Shown here one piece after another: positions 8,929 to 19,264 of a stretch of DNA of 64,000 nucleotides. This DNA comes from an uncultured Sphingomonadales bacterium. GTDB taxonomy: Bacteria > Pseudomonadota > Alphaproteobacteria > Sphingomonadales > Govanellaceae. Each line of letters begins with the position of its first letter. Position 1 is the first letter of the stretch. Where the stretch lies: NCBI GenBank assembly GCA_964508185.1, contig CAZDSS010000002.1, positions 6,674-70,673 of the forward strand, in the 5' to 3' direction. The notes below the pieces were generated by a model. That model made no database searches. It was not told the origin of the DNA and saw only the letters and a program-made list of their open reading frames with translations. The translations under genes were made by a program, and so were the position numbers.

Positions 8929-10118
8929 GCAGCAATCTTCCCCTCACGGGCTTCCGCGTCCTGTCGGCGGAGCAGTATGGCGCCGCGCCCTATGGCACCA
9001 TGTTCCTCGCCCAGCTCGGCGCGGAGGTCATCAAGATCGAGCAGCCGGGTGCGGGCGACACCGCGCGCGCGGTGGGGCCGTTCTTCCTCCGCGACAACGA
9101 AAGCCTGTTCTTCCAGACCTTCAACCTCAACAAGCGGTCGATCACCCTCGACCTCAACAGCGCCGAGGGCAAGGAGATCCTGCACCGCCTGGCGCGCGAC
9201 GCCCATGCCCTGGTCAACAATCTGCGCGGCGACCTGCCGGAGCGCATGGGCCTTACCTACAAGCACATGCAGGAGACGAACCCGGCCCTCGTCTGCGCCC
9301 ATCTTTCGGCCTATGGCCGCGATACGGAGCGGGCCAAATGGCCGGGCTACGACTATCTCATGCAGGCGGAAGCGGGCTTCCTGTGGATGACCGGCGAGCC
9401 CGACGGGCCGCCCACCCGCTTCGGTCTGTCCATGGTGGATTTCATGACCGGCACCACGATGGCCATCGGCCTGCTCGCCGCCATGATGGACGCCCAGCGC
9501 AGCGGCAAGGGCCGCGACGTGGACGTGGACCTTCTCTCCACCGCGCTCCATCAGACGAGCTATCCCGCCATGTGGTATCTGAATACGGGCCACAAGGTGG
9601 AGCGCGTCTCCCGCTCCGCCCATCCGTCCGTGGTGCCGAGCCAGATGTTCCGCACCGCCGACGGCTGGATCTTCGTCATGGCGCAGCTTCCCAAATTCTG
9701 GAAGCTTCTGGTGGAGCGCATCGGCCGTCCCGAGCTTGCGGACGATCCGCGCTTCAGGACGCCTGCGGACCGGCTTCAGAACCGCGACGTCCTGATCCCC
9801 ATCCTCGAGGACGTCTTCATGACGCAGACGACGGCCCACTGGCTCGATCTCCTGGCCGGGGACATGCCGGTCGCGCCCGTCTACAAGCTGGATGAGGCGC
9901 TGGACAATCCCTACATGGCCCGGGTCGGCATGCTGGACAAGGCGCCCCATCCCGACCGCGAGGACATGCGGGTGCTCGCCAACCCCATCCGCATCGACGG
10001 CAAGCGCCTGCCCAACCGGGCGGCCCCCCTGCTCGGCATCGATACGGACGACGTTCTGCGTGAAGCGGGCTACAGCGCCGACGACATCGCGGCCTTCCGC
10101 GCCAAGGGTGTGATCTGA
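8925..10118 (+). CDS. Family III (CaiB/BaiF) CoA-transferase
   Basis: The GTG at 8925 overlaps the ACAD stop (GTGA). PLTGFRVLSAEQYGAAPYGTMFLAQLGAEVIKIEQP is the typical family III N-terminus. Confidence 0.88.
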   Translation: MSSNLPLTGFRVLSAEQYGAAPYGTMFLAQLGAEVIKIEQPGAGDTARAVGPFFLRDNESLFFQTFNLNKRSITLDLNSAEGKEILHRLARDAHALVNNLRGDLPERMGLTYKHMQETNPALVCAHLSAYGRDTERAKWPGYDYLMQAEAGFLWMTGEPDGPPTRFGLSMVDFMTGTTMAIGLLAAMMDAQRSGKGRDVDVDLLSTALHQTSYPAMWYLNTGHKVERVSRSAHPSVVPSQMFRTADGWIFVMAQLPKFWKLLVERIGRPELADDPRFRTPADRLQNRDVLIPILEDVFMTQTTAHWLDLLAGDMPVAPVYKLDEALDNPYMARVGMLDKAPHPDREDMRVLANPIRIDGKRLPNRAAPLLGIDTDDVLREAGYSADDIAAFRAKGVI

Positions 10119-10122
10119 GACC

Positions 10123-11214
10123 ATGGCGAAGCTTGCCGGAATCAAGGTCATCGACCTGTCGCAGTTCCTGCCGGGGCCGATGCTCACCCTCATGATGGCG
10201 GACCAGGGGGCAGACGTCATCAAGATCGAACCGCCTGCGGGCGACCCCGCGCGCGGGCTGGAACCCTATGAAGCGGGCCAGTCCATCTGGTTCCGCAATC
10301 TCAACCGGGGCAAGCGCAGCATCGCGCTCGACCTCAAGTCGGAAGCGGGAAAAGAGAAGCTCTGGGAGCTGATCGCCGACGCCGACGTCTTCGTCGAAGG
10401 CTTCCGCCCGGGCGTCATGGCGCGGCTCGGCTTTTCCTACGAGGCGGTCGCGGCGCGCAATCCGCGCATCGTCTATTGCTCCGTCTCCGCCTTCGGGCAG
10501 GAGGGGGAACTGTCGCACCATCCGGCTCACGACCTTGCGGTGCAGGCCTTGTCCGGCTTCCTGTCCGTCAATGACGGGCGCGACGGGCGGCCCGTGGTGC
10601 CGGGGGTGCCCTCCGCCGACATGGCGGCGGGGCTGACCGCGCTCTCGGCCGTGCTCATGGCATTGATCGGCCGCGAGCGCACGGGACGGGGCGACCATAT
10701 CGACGCCGCCATGTTCGACAGCCTGATCCCCTGGTGCGCCCATATCGTGGGGACGGCGATTCATGGCGGCGAGCCGCCGCGCTCCCACAGCCAGCGCTCC
10801 CTGGGCGGCGCCGCCTTCTACAACGTCTATGAAACCGCCGATGGAAAGTTCGTGGTGCTGGGCGGGCGCGAGACCAAGTTCGTCGCGAACCTCCTCAACG
10901 CCCTCGGCCGTCCGGACCTCATCCCGCTCGGCAGCGAGCCGCCGGGACCGGCGCAGGCGCCCCTCGTCCGCTATCTCGAGGAAACCTTCCGCGCCCGCAC
11001 GCGCGACGAATGGGTCGCCTGGTTCGCCGACAAGGACGTGGCCTTCGCCCCCGTCCTCGACTTCCGCGAGGCCTTGTCCGCGCCCCACGTCGCCGAACGG
11101 GGCATCGTCGTCGAGGCCGACGGCGCCCACCATATCGCGCCGGCCATCCGCTTCCGCTCCGAACCGGACTGGAAGCCGCGGCCGGCGCCGGAGCTCGACG
11201 CCGATGGCCGCTGA
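10123..11214 (+). CDS. Family III (CaiB/BaiF) CoA-transferase, second tandem copy
   Basis: 363 aa. LAGIKVIDLSQFLPGPMLTLMMADQGADVIKIEPPAGDP is the typical N-terminus. Confidence 0.88.
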   Translation: MAKLAGIKVIDLSQFLPGPMLTLMMADQGADVIKIEPPAGDPARGLEPYEAGQSIWFRNLNRGKRSIALDLKSEAGKEKLWELIADADVFVEGFRPGVMARLGFSYEAVAARNPRIVYCSVSAFGQEGELSHHPAHDLAVQALSGFLSVNDGRDGRPVVPGVPSADMAAGLTALSAVLMALIGRERTGRGDHIDAAMFDSLIPWCAHIVGTAIHGGEPPRSHSQRSLGGAAFYNVYETADGKFVVLGGRETKFVANLLNALGRPDLIPLGSEPPGPAQAPLVRYLEETFRARTRDEWVAWFADKDVAFAPVLDFREALSAPHVAERGIVVEADGAHHIAPAIRFRSEPDWKPRPAPELDADGR

Positions 11215-11215
11215 C

Positions 11216-11977
11216 CTAGCCGTCCACCTCCATATGCATGGAGTAGGCGAAGCGGTCGCCGGGATGGTGGCTGGCGGAGAATTCCAGCACGCGCCCGCTC
11301 GCGTCGTAATAGCAGCGGAGAATGCGCAGGCAGGGGCTGCGGCGCGGAATGCCGAGCTCCGCCGCCACCGCCGTGCTCGCCGGCACCGCCTGGATGTCCT
11401 GGGTCACCCGCACGATCTTCGTGCCCGACAGCCGTTCCAGTTGCTGGAAGATGGTGTCCTGGTTGGGCTTGATGGCCTTGGCCGCCGCGAGAAGGTCGGG
11501 ATGGATGTAGGTGTCGGTGAGCGCGATGGGCTCCGCCTGGCCGGTGCGCGTGCGCAGGCCGCGGAAATGATACCAGCGGCGCTTGTCCGTGATCCCCGCA
11601 TGGACGGCAAGGGACTTCGGCAGCGGCACCTCGCCCTGGGCCGTGAACAGATAGCGGGTGTCCCGCGCGTATTGCAGGATTTCGCCCACGTTCGACAGCG
11701 GCTGATAGAGCGCCCCGCCGCGGGCGGACGCCGGCTGGATCACCGTGCCCGAGCCCTGGCGTCGCTGGATGAGCCCTTCCGCCTGCAGGGAGCGCAGCGC
11801 CTCGCGCACGGTGAAGCGGCTCACCTCGAAACGGGCGCAAAGCTCGCTTTCGGTCGGGAACGGATTGGGGTGAAGATAGTCGCCGCGAAGGATCTCCGCG
11901 CGCAGTTCGTCCGCAAGTTCCTGATAACGGGGCTTGCGCGCCCGCTTCACGGCTACCGCCTGACTGGAACCCGGCAA
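11216..11977 (-). CDS. GntR-family transcriptional regulator, HutC subfamily (winged HTH plus UTRA domain)
   Basis: 253 aa. N-terminal GntR wHTH (LPTESELCARFEVSRFTVREALRSLQAEGLIQRRQGSGT). The C-terminal domain has the length and pattern of a UTRA effector domain. Confidence 0.88.
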   Translation of the reverse strand: MPGSSQAVAVKRARKPRYQELADELRAEILRGDYLHPNPFPTESELCARFEVSRFTVREALRSLQAEGLIQRRQGSGTVIQPASARGGALYQPLSNVGEILQYARDTRYLFTAQGEVPLPKSLAVHAGITDKRRWYHFRGLRTRTGQAEPIALTDTYIHPDLLAAAKAIKPNQDTIFQQLERLSGTKIVRVTQDIQAVPASTAVAAELGIPRRSPCLRILRCYYDASGRVLEFSASHHPGDRFAYSMHMEVDG

Positions 11978-12020
11978 GGCAATACTCCTTTTCTCAAATT
12001 GGCTCCCGGGAGACTGCCCG

Positions 12021-13268
12021 GTGATTGACGCGAATTATAGCTTAACAGAACGGCTTGCCCAGCATTGTCTGACGCCCGTTTCAGAAGTTATCCGGACAAA
12101 ATCCCGGCTTCATCTTCTGGACTGGCTGGGCTGCGTCATGGGTGCCCGGCGGGGCGAGGTCGCCCATGCGCTGAAGCATATGGATGATCTCTCGCCTGCA
12201 GGCAAGGCGGCATGGCTCGGCAACGTGCTGGAGATGGACGACGTCCATCGCACGGCGATCCTCCATCCCGGCCCGGTGGTGTGGCCGACGGTGCTCGCCG
12301 CCGCCCGCGGCCACGGGATGGACGAGGTGCTGGACGCCGCCGTCCGGGGTTACGAGGCGATGATTTCGATCGGCGCGACCTTCGACGCCCGTCATTACGC
12401 CCACTGGCACAACACGGCGACCGCGGGCCTGTTCGGGGCGGCTGCAGCCGCCGCCGCCTTGCAGGGCGCCGACCGGGCGCAGCTCGTCGCCGCCCTCGGC
12501 CTTGCGGGATCGGTGACCGGCGGCTTCTGGCAGATGCGGCACGAGCCGGTGACCGCCAAGCAATGGCACATCGCCCATGCCATGCGCACGGGGCTGGAGA
12601 CCGCGGCCTTCGCCCTCAGGGGGATCACGGGCCCCCGCTTCATCCTGGAAGGGCCGCAGGGGCTCTATGCCGGAACCTGCGACGCCGCGAAGCCCATGCT
12701 GCTGGCGGACGGGTGGCGCATCAGCGAAGTGAGCTTCAAGCCCTGGGGCGCCTGCCGCCACGCGCATCCCGCGATCGATGCGGCCCTCGAGCTCAAGAAG
12801 CAGGGCGCGCTTCAGGGCCCGGTGACCGTCGCCACCTACCGCGACGCGCTCACCTTCTGCGACCGGCCGGAGCCGCGCAGCGTGATCGAGGCCAAGTTCT
12901 CCCTCCAGCACGCGGTGGCGGTCGTCATGGAGCGGGGCGTGCCGGAGCTCGCCGATTTCGAGCCCGAGGCCATCGCCGCCCTTGCGGATGCCCGCAAGCT
13001 CGTGACGGTGGAGGAGGATCCCGCGCTCACCGCCGCCTACCCTGCCCATTTCGGCGCGCGGGTGACAAGCGCTGGCGCAAGCGTCACCCTGGCGGATACG
13101 CTGGGCGATCCCGAGCGGCCGCTCGATGAAGCGGGCGTCGTCGCCAAGGCGCGGGCGCTCATGGATTGGGGCGGGCTCGGTGGGCGGGCTGCGGACGAGG
13201 CGATCGCCGCCGCCCTTCACGGCGACCGCCCCGACGCTATCGTGGATATTCTGGAGCGCTGGCTATGA
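12021..13268 (+). CDS. MmgE/PrpD family protein
   Basis: 415 aa with a GTG start. Family-typical segments LDWLGCVMGA, HPGPVVWPT and KPWGACRHAHPAIDA. Confidence 0.85.
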   Translation: MIDANYSLTERLAQHCLTPVSEVIRTKSRLHLLDWLGCVMGARRGEVAHALKHMDDLSPAGKAAWLGNVLEMDDVHRTAILHPGPVVWPTVLAAARGHGMDEVLDAAVRGYEAMISIGATFDARHYAHWHNTATAGLFGAAAAAAALQGADRAQLVAALGLAGSVTGGFWQMRHEPVTAKQWHIAHAMRTGLETAAFALRGITGPRFILEGPQGLYAGTCDAAKPMLLADGWRISEVSFKPWGACRHAHPAIDAALELKKQGALQGPVTVATYRDALTFCDRPEPRSVIEAKFSLQHAVAVVMERGVPELADFEPEAIAALADARKLVTVEEDPALTAAYPAHFGARVTSAGASVTLADTLGDPERPLDEAGVVAKARALMDWGGLGGRAADEAIAAALHGDRPDAIVDILERWL

Positions 13269-14572
13269 CCGCGACGGCAAAAGTGGTTGAATTCGCGCGG
13301 GCGCAGCATCGGCTGCCCGCGGACGTGCGGGCTGCGGCCGTGGACCTTCTCGGCGATACGCTCGCGGTCGGCGCCGCGGGCTCGACCGCCCCGGGGGCGG
13401 ACGGCGTGCTGCGCGCGGCGGAAGGCTGGGGCGGGGGTGATGACGCCCGCGTCATCGCCCGGGGCGTCCGCCTTCCCGCAAGCGGCGCCGCCTTCGTGAA
13501 CGCCTTCCAGATCCATTGCCTCGAATGGGATTCGGTCCATGAACCCGCGGTGGTCCATGCCCTGTCCACCGTGACGGCGGCCCTCGGCGCCGCCATCGAC
13601 CGGCTCGGCGGCTGCGATCCGGAGGAAGCGGTCACGGCCCTGGCCGTCGGCGTCGATATCGCAAGCGGCCTCGGCCTTGCCGCCGACACGCCCCTCCGCT
13701 TCTTCCGCCCGGCGACCGCCGGTTGCATCGGCGCCGCGGCGGCCGTCGCCCGCATCATGAAGATCGAGCGCATGGAGGACGTGCTGGGCCTCGCCTATTC
13801 CCAGTGCGCCGGAACCATGCAGGCCCATGTGGAAGGATCGATCGCCCTGCCCCTGCAGATCGCGAACGCCGCGCGGGCGGCGATCACCGCGGCGGACCTG
13901 GTGGCGAATGGCCTCACCGGCCCCCATGACGTGTTCGAGGGGCCGTTCGGCTATTTCACCCTGTTCGATAACGGCGACTTCACGCGGTATACGGACCGGC
14001 TCGGCAGCGTCTGGCGCATCGCGGAGGTGAGCGTCAAGCCGTTCCCCTCGGGCCGGGCGAGCCACGGGGTGCTTGCGACCCTCTCCCGCCTTATCCGGGA
14101 CAAGGAATTCGCCGCCGACGACGTGCTGCAGATCGAAGCCTTCGTGCCGCCGCTCATCCAGCGGCTGGTGGGCCGCCCCATGAAGGCGGACATGACGCCC
14201 GCCTATGCGCGGCTCTGCCTGCCGTTCCTCGTCGCCCTCATGCTGCGCGACGGGCGCATCGACCCCAGGCGCTTCACGCCCGAGGCGTTCGCGGATCCGG
14301 AGCTTGCCGCGCTGGCGTCCCGGCTCGTCATCACCCTCGACGGCAATCCCGACCTCAACGCCCTGTCGCCGCAGCGGCTGGTGATAACCCTCAGCAACGG
14401 CCGCGTGCTGCGGCACCACATCCCGAAGACCGCGGGCCATCCCGAGGCGCCGCTCGATGCGGGCGAGACCGCGGCCAAACGGAATCTCGCGCGGGAGCTT
14501 GCGCTTTCCGTGCCGGATCCGCGACTGTTCGAAGATCCCCTGTCCTACTACACATGTCCGGAGGCGAAATGA
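13265..14572 (+). CDS. MmgE/PrpD family protein, second tandem copy
   Basis: The ATG at 13265 overlaps the upstream stop (ATGA). Family-typical segments LLGDTLAVGAAGS and VKPFPSGRASHGV. Confidence 0.85.
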   Translation: MTATAKVVEFARAQHRLPADVRAAAVDLLGDTLAVGAAGSTAPGADGVLRAAEGWGGGDDARVIARGVRLPASGAAFVNAFQIHCLEWDSVHEPAVVHALSTVTAALGAAIDRLGGCDPEEAVTALAVGVDIASGLGLAADTPLRFFRPATAGCIGAAAAVARIMKIERMEDVLGLAYSQCAGTMQAHVEGSIALPLQIANAARAAITAADLVANGLTGPHDVFEGPFGYFTLFDNGDFTRYTDRLGSVWRIAEVSVKPFPSGRASHGVLATLSRLIRDKEFAADDVLQIEAFVPPLIQRLVGRPMKADMTPAYARLCLPFLVALMLRDGRIDPRRFTPEAFADPELAALASRLVITLDGNPDLNALSPQRLVITLSNGRVLRHHIPKTAGHPEAPLDAGETAAKRNLARELALSVPDPRLFEDPLSYYTCPEAK

Positions 14573-15942
14573 CCTTCCCCACCTATTTCGAGGCCCTCGA
14601 CATCCGTCAGCTGCTGGAGGAATACCCCGTCGGCGACGCCTTCGTCCGCCGCTACACCTCCATGAGCCGCGACGAGCTTTTTGACCTCCAGAACAAGCGC
14701 TTTCTCAAGCTCATGAAGCGGGGCTGGGAAATTCCCTTCTACCAGCGGCTGTGGGGCGACAAGGGGATCGAGCCCGGCGACATCCGAAGCCTCGAGGACA
14801 TCACCAAGCTTCCGGTCTACGACAAGTCGGACCTCATGAAGTCCATCGCCGAATTCCCGCCCTATGGCGATTTCGCGGGGATTCCGGATTCGAACGACCG
14901 CCCGCCGGTGATCTTTCATACGACCTCCGGCACCACTGGCCGCCCGCAGGCGCTTCTCTTCGGCCCCAAGGGGCGCGAGGTGACCAATCTTCTCGTCGGC
15001 CGCATGTATCGCTGGCAGGGGCTGAAGCCGTCGGACGTGGTGCATTCGGTCTATGGCCACGGCATGATCAACGGCGGCCACTATATCCGCGAGGCCGTGA
15101 CCCATTTCACCAATTCCCTGTTCCTCTCCGCCGGCACCGGGATCGAGACCCGCTCGGTCAACCAGGTGCGGCTCATGGCCGACTTCAACGTGACGGTGAT
15201 CGTCGGCTTCATCGACTATATCCGCAAGCTCGCCCAGGTGGCGAAGGACGAGGGGCTGCTCGACAAGATCAATATCCGCATGATCTGCGGCCATCTCGGG
15301 ACCGAGGACCGGGCGGCGGTGGAAGCGGCCTGGGGCGGCGCCAGGGCCTATGACTGGTACGGCGTGGGCGACACCGGCACGATCGCCGGCGAAGGGCCCG
15401 AGCGCGACGGCCTCTATGTGTGGGAGGACGCCCAGTATCTCGAAATCCTCGACATCGACACCGGCAGGCCGGTGGCGCCGGGCGAGACGGGCGACATGGT
15501 GGTGACCTGCCTCTTCAAGGACGACGTCGCCCCCTGCATCCGCTTCAACACCCACGACGTGACCCACGAGCTTCTGGGCCGGAACCAGACGGGCATGGTG
15601 TTCAAGCGCATCGCGGGCTTCAAGGGCCGCAGCGACAACATGGTGAAGCTCCGCGGCATCAACGTGTTCCCCCATGCGATCGGCGCGCTCATCGAGAACC
15701 GGCCGGATCTCACCGGCGAATATGTCTGCCGCGTGTCCCGCGACGCGTCGGGCCGCGACGAGATGCTGGTGATCCTCGAAAGCCGCGGCGGCACGGACGA
15801 AGCGGCGCTTGCGGCCCTCCTGCGTCAGGGCCTCGGCGTCGAGGTGGACGTGAAGCTCGTCGGCCCCGGCGAGACCGCGGCGGACACCCAGATCGAGGTG
15901 CGGCAGAAGCCCATCCGTCTCATCGACGAGCGCAAGCTATGA
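14569..15942 (+). CDS. Phenylacetate-CoA ligase (PaaK)/F390-synthetase-like adenylate-forming enzyme
   Basis: AMP-binding loop HTTSGTTGRPQ. PaaK-like N-terminus with DIRSLEDITKLPVYDKSDL. The ATG at 14569 (GGAGG upstream) overlaps the upstream stop; the ATG at 14554 is an alternative. Confidence 0.82.
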   Translation: MTFPTYFEALDIRQLLEEYPVGDAFVRRYTSMSRDELFDLQNKRFLKLMKRGWEIPFYQRLWGDKGIEPGDIRSLEDITKLPVYDKSDLMKSIAEFPPYGDFAGIPDSNDRPPVIFHTTSGTTGRPQALLFGPKGREVTNLLVGRMYRWQGLKPSDVVHSVYGHGMINGGHYIREAVTHFTNSLFLSAGTGIETRSVNQVRLMADFNVTVIVGFIDYIRKLAQVAKDEGLLDKINIRMICGHLGTEDRAAVEAAWGGARAYDWYGVGDTGTIAGEGPERDGLYVWEDAQYLEILDIDTGRPVAPGETGDMVVTCLFKDDVAPCIRFNTHDVTHELLGRNQTGMVFKRIAGFKGRSDNMVKLRGINVFPHAIGALIENRPDLTGEYVCRVSRDASGRDEMLVILESRGGTDEAALAALLRQGLGVEVDVKLVGPGETAADTQIEVRQKPIRLIDERKL

Positions 15943-17243
15943 GCGACTGGCGCCACGCGGACATCGCGACGCTCCACGCAGCCTATGGGCAAGGCGCGGT
16001 CACGGCGCGCGCGGTGACCGCCCATTTCCTCGACCGCATCCGCCGCCACAATCCCCAGCTTCACGCCTTCATCGAGGTTGACGAAGCGGGGGCGCTGGAC
16101 GCGGCCGCGGAATCCGACCGGCGCATCCGCGAGGGCGCGTTGCGTCCGCTCGAAGGAATCCCTGTCGCCGTCAAGTCCAACATTGCGGTCAGGGGCCTTT
16201 CCTGGAACGCGGGCATGGAGCTTCGCCGCCACATCATCGCGGCGGAAGACGCGGAAACCGTCGCACGCCTTCGTCATGCCGGCGCCGTCATCCTCGGCAC
16301 ACTCAACATGCATGAGGCGGCGCTCGGCGCCACCACCGCCAATCCCTGGTTCGGACACGCCATGAACCCGCACCGCCCCGGCCACACGCCCGGCGGATCG
16401 TCGGGCGGCAGCGGCGCCGCAGTGGCGGCGGGGCTTTGCGTCGCGGCCCTCGGCACCGACACCCTCGGCTCCGTGCGCATTCCCGCGGCCTATAACGGCG
16501 TCTACGGCATCAAGCCGACGCAGGGTGCGGTATCCGACGACGGCCTCGTGCCCCTCAGCACCTGGCTCGACTGCATCGGCCCCCTGGCGCGCACGCTCGA
16601 CGATCTCGACCGCATGCTGCGCGTGCTGACGGACGTGAAGCCCGCCGCCGGCCCGCGCCGCCTTCTGGTGCTGGGGCAGCTGGAAGAAGGGTGCGAGCCC
16701 GAAATCGTCGCTGCCTACGAACGCGCGCTCGCCGCGCTGCCGCTCAAGCCGGAAGCCCTCGCCCTCCCCCACAGCCTGGCCGAAATCCGCTTTGCGGGCT
16801 TCGTGGAGACGGCGCGTGAGCTTACCCGGCATCTCGGGTCCAGCATCGAGACGGACGCCGACCGCATCTCGCGCGAGCTCCATTTCCTGCTCGGCGTCGC
16901 ACGCAAGAAGGAAAGCGAATATCCGGCGCTTTACGCCGTCCTGCAGGCGACGCGGGACGCAATCCGCGCCGCCATCGGCCAGGACGGCATCCTGCTGACG
17001 CCCACGACGCCGCAGGCGGCATTCGTCCATTGCGACCGCCCGCCGGCAACACAGGCGAGCTTCACGGCCCTTGCCAACATCGCGGGGCTTCCCGCCATCA
17101 GCATCCCGGCGGGCGTCAATGGCGATGGCCTGCCCGTCGCCGTGCAGGCCATCGGCTGGCCCGGAAGCGAAGCGGCGCTCGTCGAGCTCGCGCGACAACT
17201 TGAAACGGAACTGGGTGGTTCCATAATTCCCGCCCTCGCCTAG
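15939..17243 (+). CDS. Amidase-signature (AS) family amidase
   Basis: 434 aa. AS motif GGSSGGSGAAVAAGLCVAALGTDTLGSVRIPAAYNG. ATGA overlap with the upstream gene. Confidence 0.9.
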   Translation: MSDWRHADIATLHAAYGQGAVTARAVTAHFLDRIRRHNPQLHAFIEVDEAGALDAAAESDRRIREGALRPLEGIPVAVKSNIAVRGLSWNAGMELRRHIIAAEDAETVARLRHAGAVILGTLNMHEAALGATTANPWFGHAMNPHRPGHTPGGSSGGSGAAVAAGLCVAALGTDTLGSVRIPAAYNGVYGIKPTQGAVSDDGLVPLSTWLDCIGPLARTLDDLDRMLRVLTDVKPAAGPRRLLVLGQLEEGCEPEIVAAYERALAALPLKPEALALPHSLAEIRFAGFVETARELTRHLGSSIETDADRISRELHFLLGVARKKESEYPALYAVLQATRDAIRAAIGQDGILLTPTTPQAAFVHCDRPPATQASFTALANIAGLPAISIPAGVNGDGLPVAVQAIGWPGSEAALVELARQLETELGGSIIPALA

Positions 17244-17259
17244 ATCAAGGAGAAGTCCC

Positions 17260-17565
17260 ATGCGGATCATCGTCCTCTTCAATCTCAAGCCCGGCGCCGA
17301 CCGGAGCGCCTATGAAAACTGGGCGCGCAGCACGGACATTCCGGGTGTTCGCGCCCTCGGCTCCATCAAGGACTTCCAGGTCTACCGCACCACCGGGCTG
17401 CTCGGCGCGGAAGACAGGCCGCCCTATGAATATATCGAGGTGATCGACGTCGCCGACATGGAGGCTTTCGGCCGCGACGTCTCGAGCGACGCCGTGCAGA
17501 AGGTCGCCGCCGAGTTCCGCAACTTCGCCGACAATCCCCTGTTCATCACCACGGAGGCCCTGTGA
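17260..17565 (+). CDS. Small dimeric alpha/beta-barrel protein (EthD/REDY-HapK-like)
   Basis: 101 aa. The size and the MRIIVLFNLKPG...YEYIEV pattern fit the Dabb/EthD-like fold. The function call is tentative. Confidence 0.6.
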   Translation: MRIIVLFNLKPGADRSAYENWARSTDIPGVRALGSIKDFQVYRTTGLLGAEDRPPYEYIEVIDVADMEAFGRDVSSDAVQKVAAEFRNFADNPLFITTEAL

Positions 17566-18398
17566 TGCGGCGGTTCGAAGGCAAGACCATCGTCGTCACC
17601 GGCTCCGGCCGCCACAAGGGTCTGGGCCAGGGCATCCTCCAGCGCTTCGCCGACGAGGGCGCCAATTGCGTGGTGTCCGACATCGGCCGCCCCGCCGAAC
17701 ATATGGGCGAAGGCGACATCGGCACCACGACGGAGATGGAGGAAATCGCCGAGGAGCTGCGCCAGCGCGGCGCGAAGGCGATCGCGGTCCCATGCGACGT
17801 GCGCAAGGAAGCGGATTGCGAGGCCCTGGCGCGCAAGGCTAGGGAAGCCTTCGGCTCCCTCGACATCTGGGTCAACAACGCCGGGATCGGCTACATCATG
17901 AAGCCGCTGCTGGAAACCACGGCGAGCGAGTGGGAGGCGGTGATCGGCGTCAATCTCACCGGCGCGTTCTTCGGGACGAAGGCGGCGGCGCGCATCATGA
18001 TCGAACAGGGCCGCGGCGGCCGCATCATCAATATCGCGAGCCAGGCGGCCAAATCCGGCTTCCCGCACATGGCGCCCTATACCAGCTCCAAGCACGGCAT
18101 GGTGGGGCTCACCCGCTCCACCGCCATCGAGCTCGGCCCCCACGGCATCACCGTGAACGCCGTCTGCCCCAATCACGTGACCACGGGGCTCGGCGCCAGG
18201 CAGAACGAATATTTCTCGAAGCTTCTCGGCTTCGACAGCGTCGAGGCCTATCTCGACAACATGAAGCGCAAGAACCCCATGGGCCGCCCGGGCCTTGCGA
18301 GCGACACCGCCGCCGCCTGCGCCTGGCTGGCGTCGGACGACGCCTTCTATGTGACGGGCGAGGCCCTCAATGTTTCCGGCGGAGAGGAAATGCACTGA
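17565..18398 (+). CDS. Short-chain dehydrogenase/reductase (SDR)
   Basis: Cofactor motif TGSGRHKGLGQG, NNAG, and catalytic YTSSKHG. The ATG at 17565 shares one base with the upstream TGA; the in-frame GTG at 17562 is an alternative. Confidence 0.9.
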   Translation: MRRFEGKTIVVTGSGRHKGLGQGILQRFADEGANCVVSDIGRPAEHMGEGDIGTTTEMEEIAEELRQRGAKAIAVPCDVRKEADCEALARKAREAFGSLDIWVNNAGIGYIMKPLLETTASEWEAVIGVNLTGAFFGTKAAARIMIEQGRGGRIINIASQAAKSGFPHMAPYTSSKHGMVGLTRSTAIELGPHGITVNAVCPNHVTTGLGARQNEYFSKLLGFDSVEAYLDNMKRKNPMGRPGLASDTAAACAWLASDDAFYVTGEALNVSGGEEMH

Positions 18399-19264
18399 TG
18401 CAGGAAGAACGGATCGACTGGCCGAACGACGCCAGGATCGCATTGTCGGTCGTGGTCAATGTGGAGGAGGGCTCCGAAATGACGGTCGCCCGCGGCGACC
18501 GCGGCATGGAGCCGGTGGACGAGCTGGGCATCCACATCAAGTCGCCCATCCGCAACTACGGCAATGAATCGAACTATCTCTACGGCATCAAGGCGGGCGC
18601 GCCGCGCATCGTGAAGCTGTTGCGCAACTACGGCATCAAGGCGAGCTGGACGGTCGCGGCCATGAGCCTCGAGAACCATCCGCAGATCGCCGAGGCCATC
18701 GCCGAACTCGGGCACGAGCCCGTGAGCCATGGCTGGCGCTGGATCCACCAGTTCAAGATGAACGAGGAACAGGAGCGGGAATTCATCCGCCGCGCCGTCA
18801 CCTCCATCGAGCGCACGGTGGGGGTCCGCCCCTATGGCTGGCTCAGCCGCTATTTCCACACCGACAACACCCGGCGCTTGCTGATCGAGGAAGGTTTCGA
18901 ATATCACATGGATGACTATTCGGGCGACGTGCCGTTCTGGGACCGCGAGACGGTGCCGGGCAAGCCCATCGTCATCGTGCCCTATCAGCTCGACAGCAAC
19001 GACATGAAGATGTGGACCGACCCGGCGATGACCCCGACCCAGTGGCTGGACTACGCGAAGCGCTGCTTCGACCAGCTCTACCGCGAGGGGCAGGAGGGCA
19101 ATCCGAAGATGATGTCCCTCGGTCTCCATCTCCGCATCATCGGCCGTCCGGGGCGCATCTGGGCCCTTGAGGAGTTCTTCCGGCACGTGACGAGCAAGCC
19201 CGACGTCTGGATCACCACCCGGCGCGAGATCGCCGAACATTTCCGGAAGGTACAGCCTGCATGA
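18398..19264 (+). CDS. Polysaccharide deacetylase / PuuE-like family hydrolase
   Basis: 288 aa. The ATG at 18398 overlaps the SDR stop. RIALSVVVNVEEGSE...YGNESNYLYG...SHGWRW is typical of the divergent NodB-fold deacetylase group. Confidence 0.75.
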   Translation: MQEERIDWPNDARIALSVVVNVEEGSEMTVARGDRGMEPVDELGIHIKSPIRNYGNESNYLYGIKAGAPRIVKLLRNYGIKASWTVAAMSLENHPQIAEAIAELGHEPVSHGWRWIHQFKMNEEQEREFIRRAVTSIERTVGVRPYGWLSRYFHTDNTRRLLIEEGFEYHMDDYSGDVPFWDRETVPGKPIVIVPYQLDSNDMKMWTDPAMTPTQWLDYAKRCFDQLYREGQEGNPKMMSLGLHLRIIGRPGRIWALEEFFRHVTSKPDVWITTRREIAEHFRKVQPA

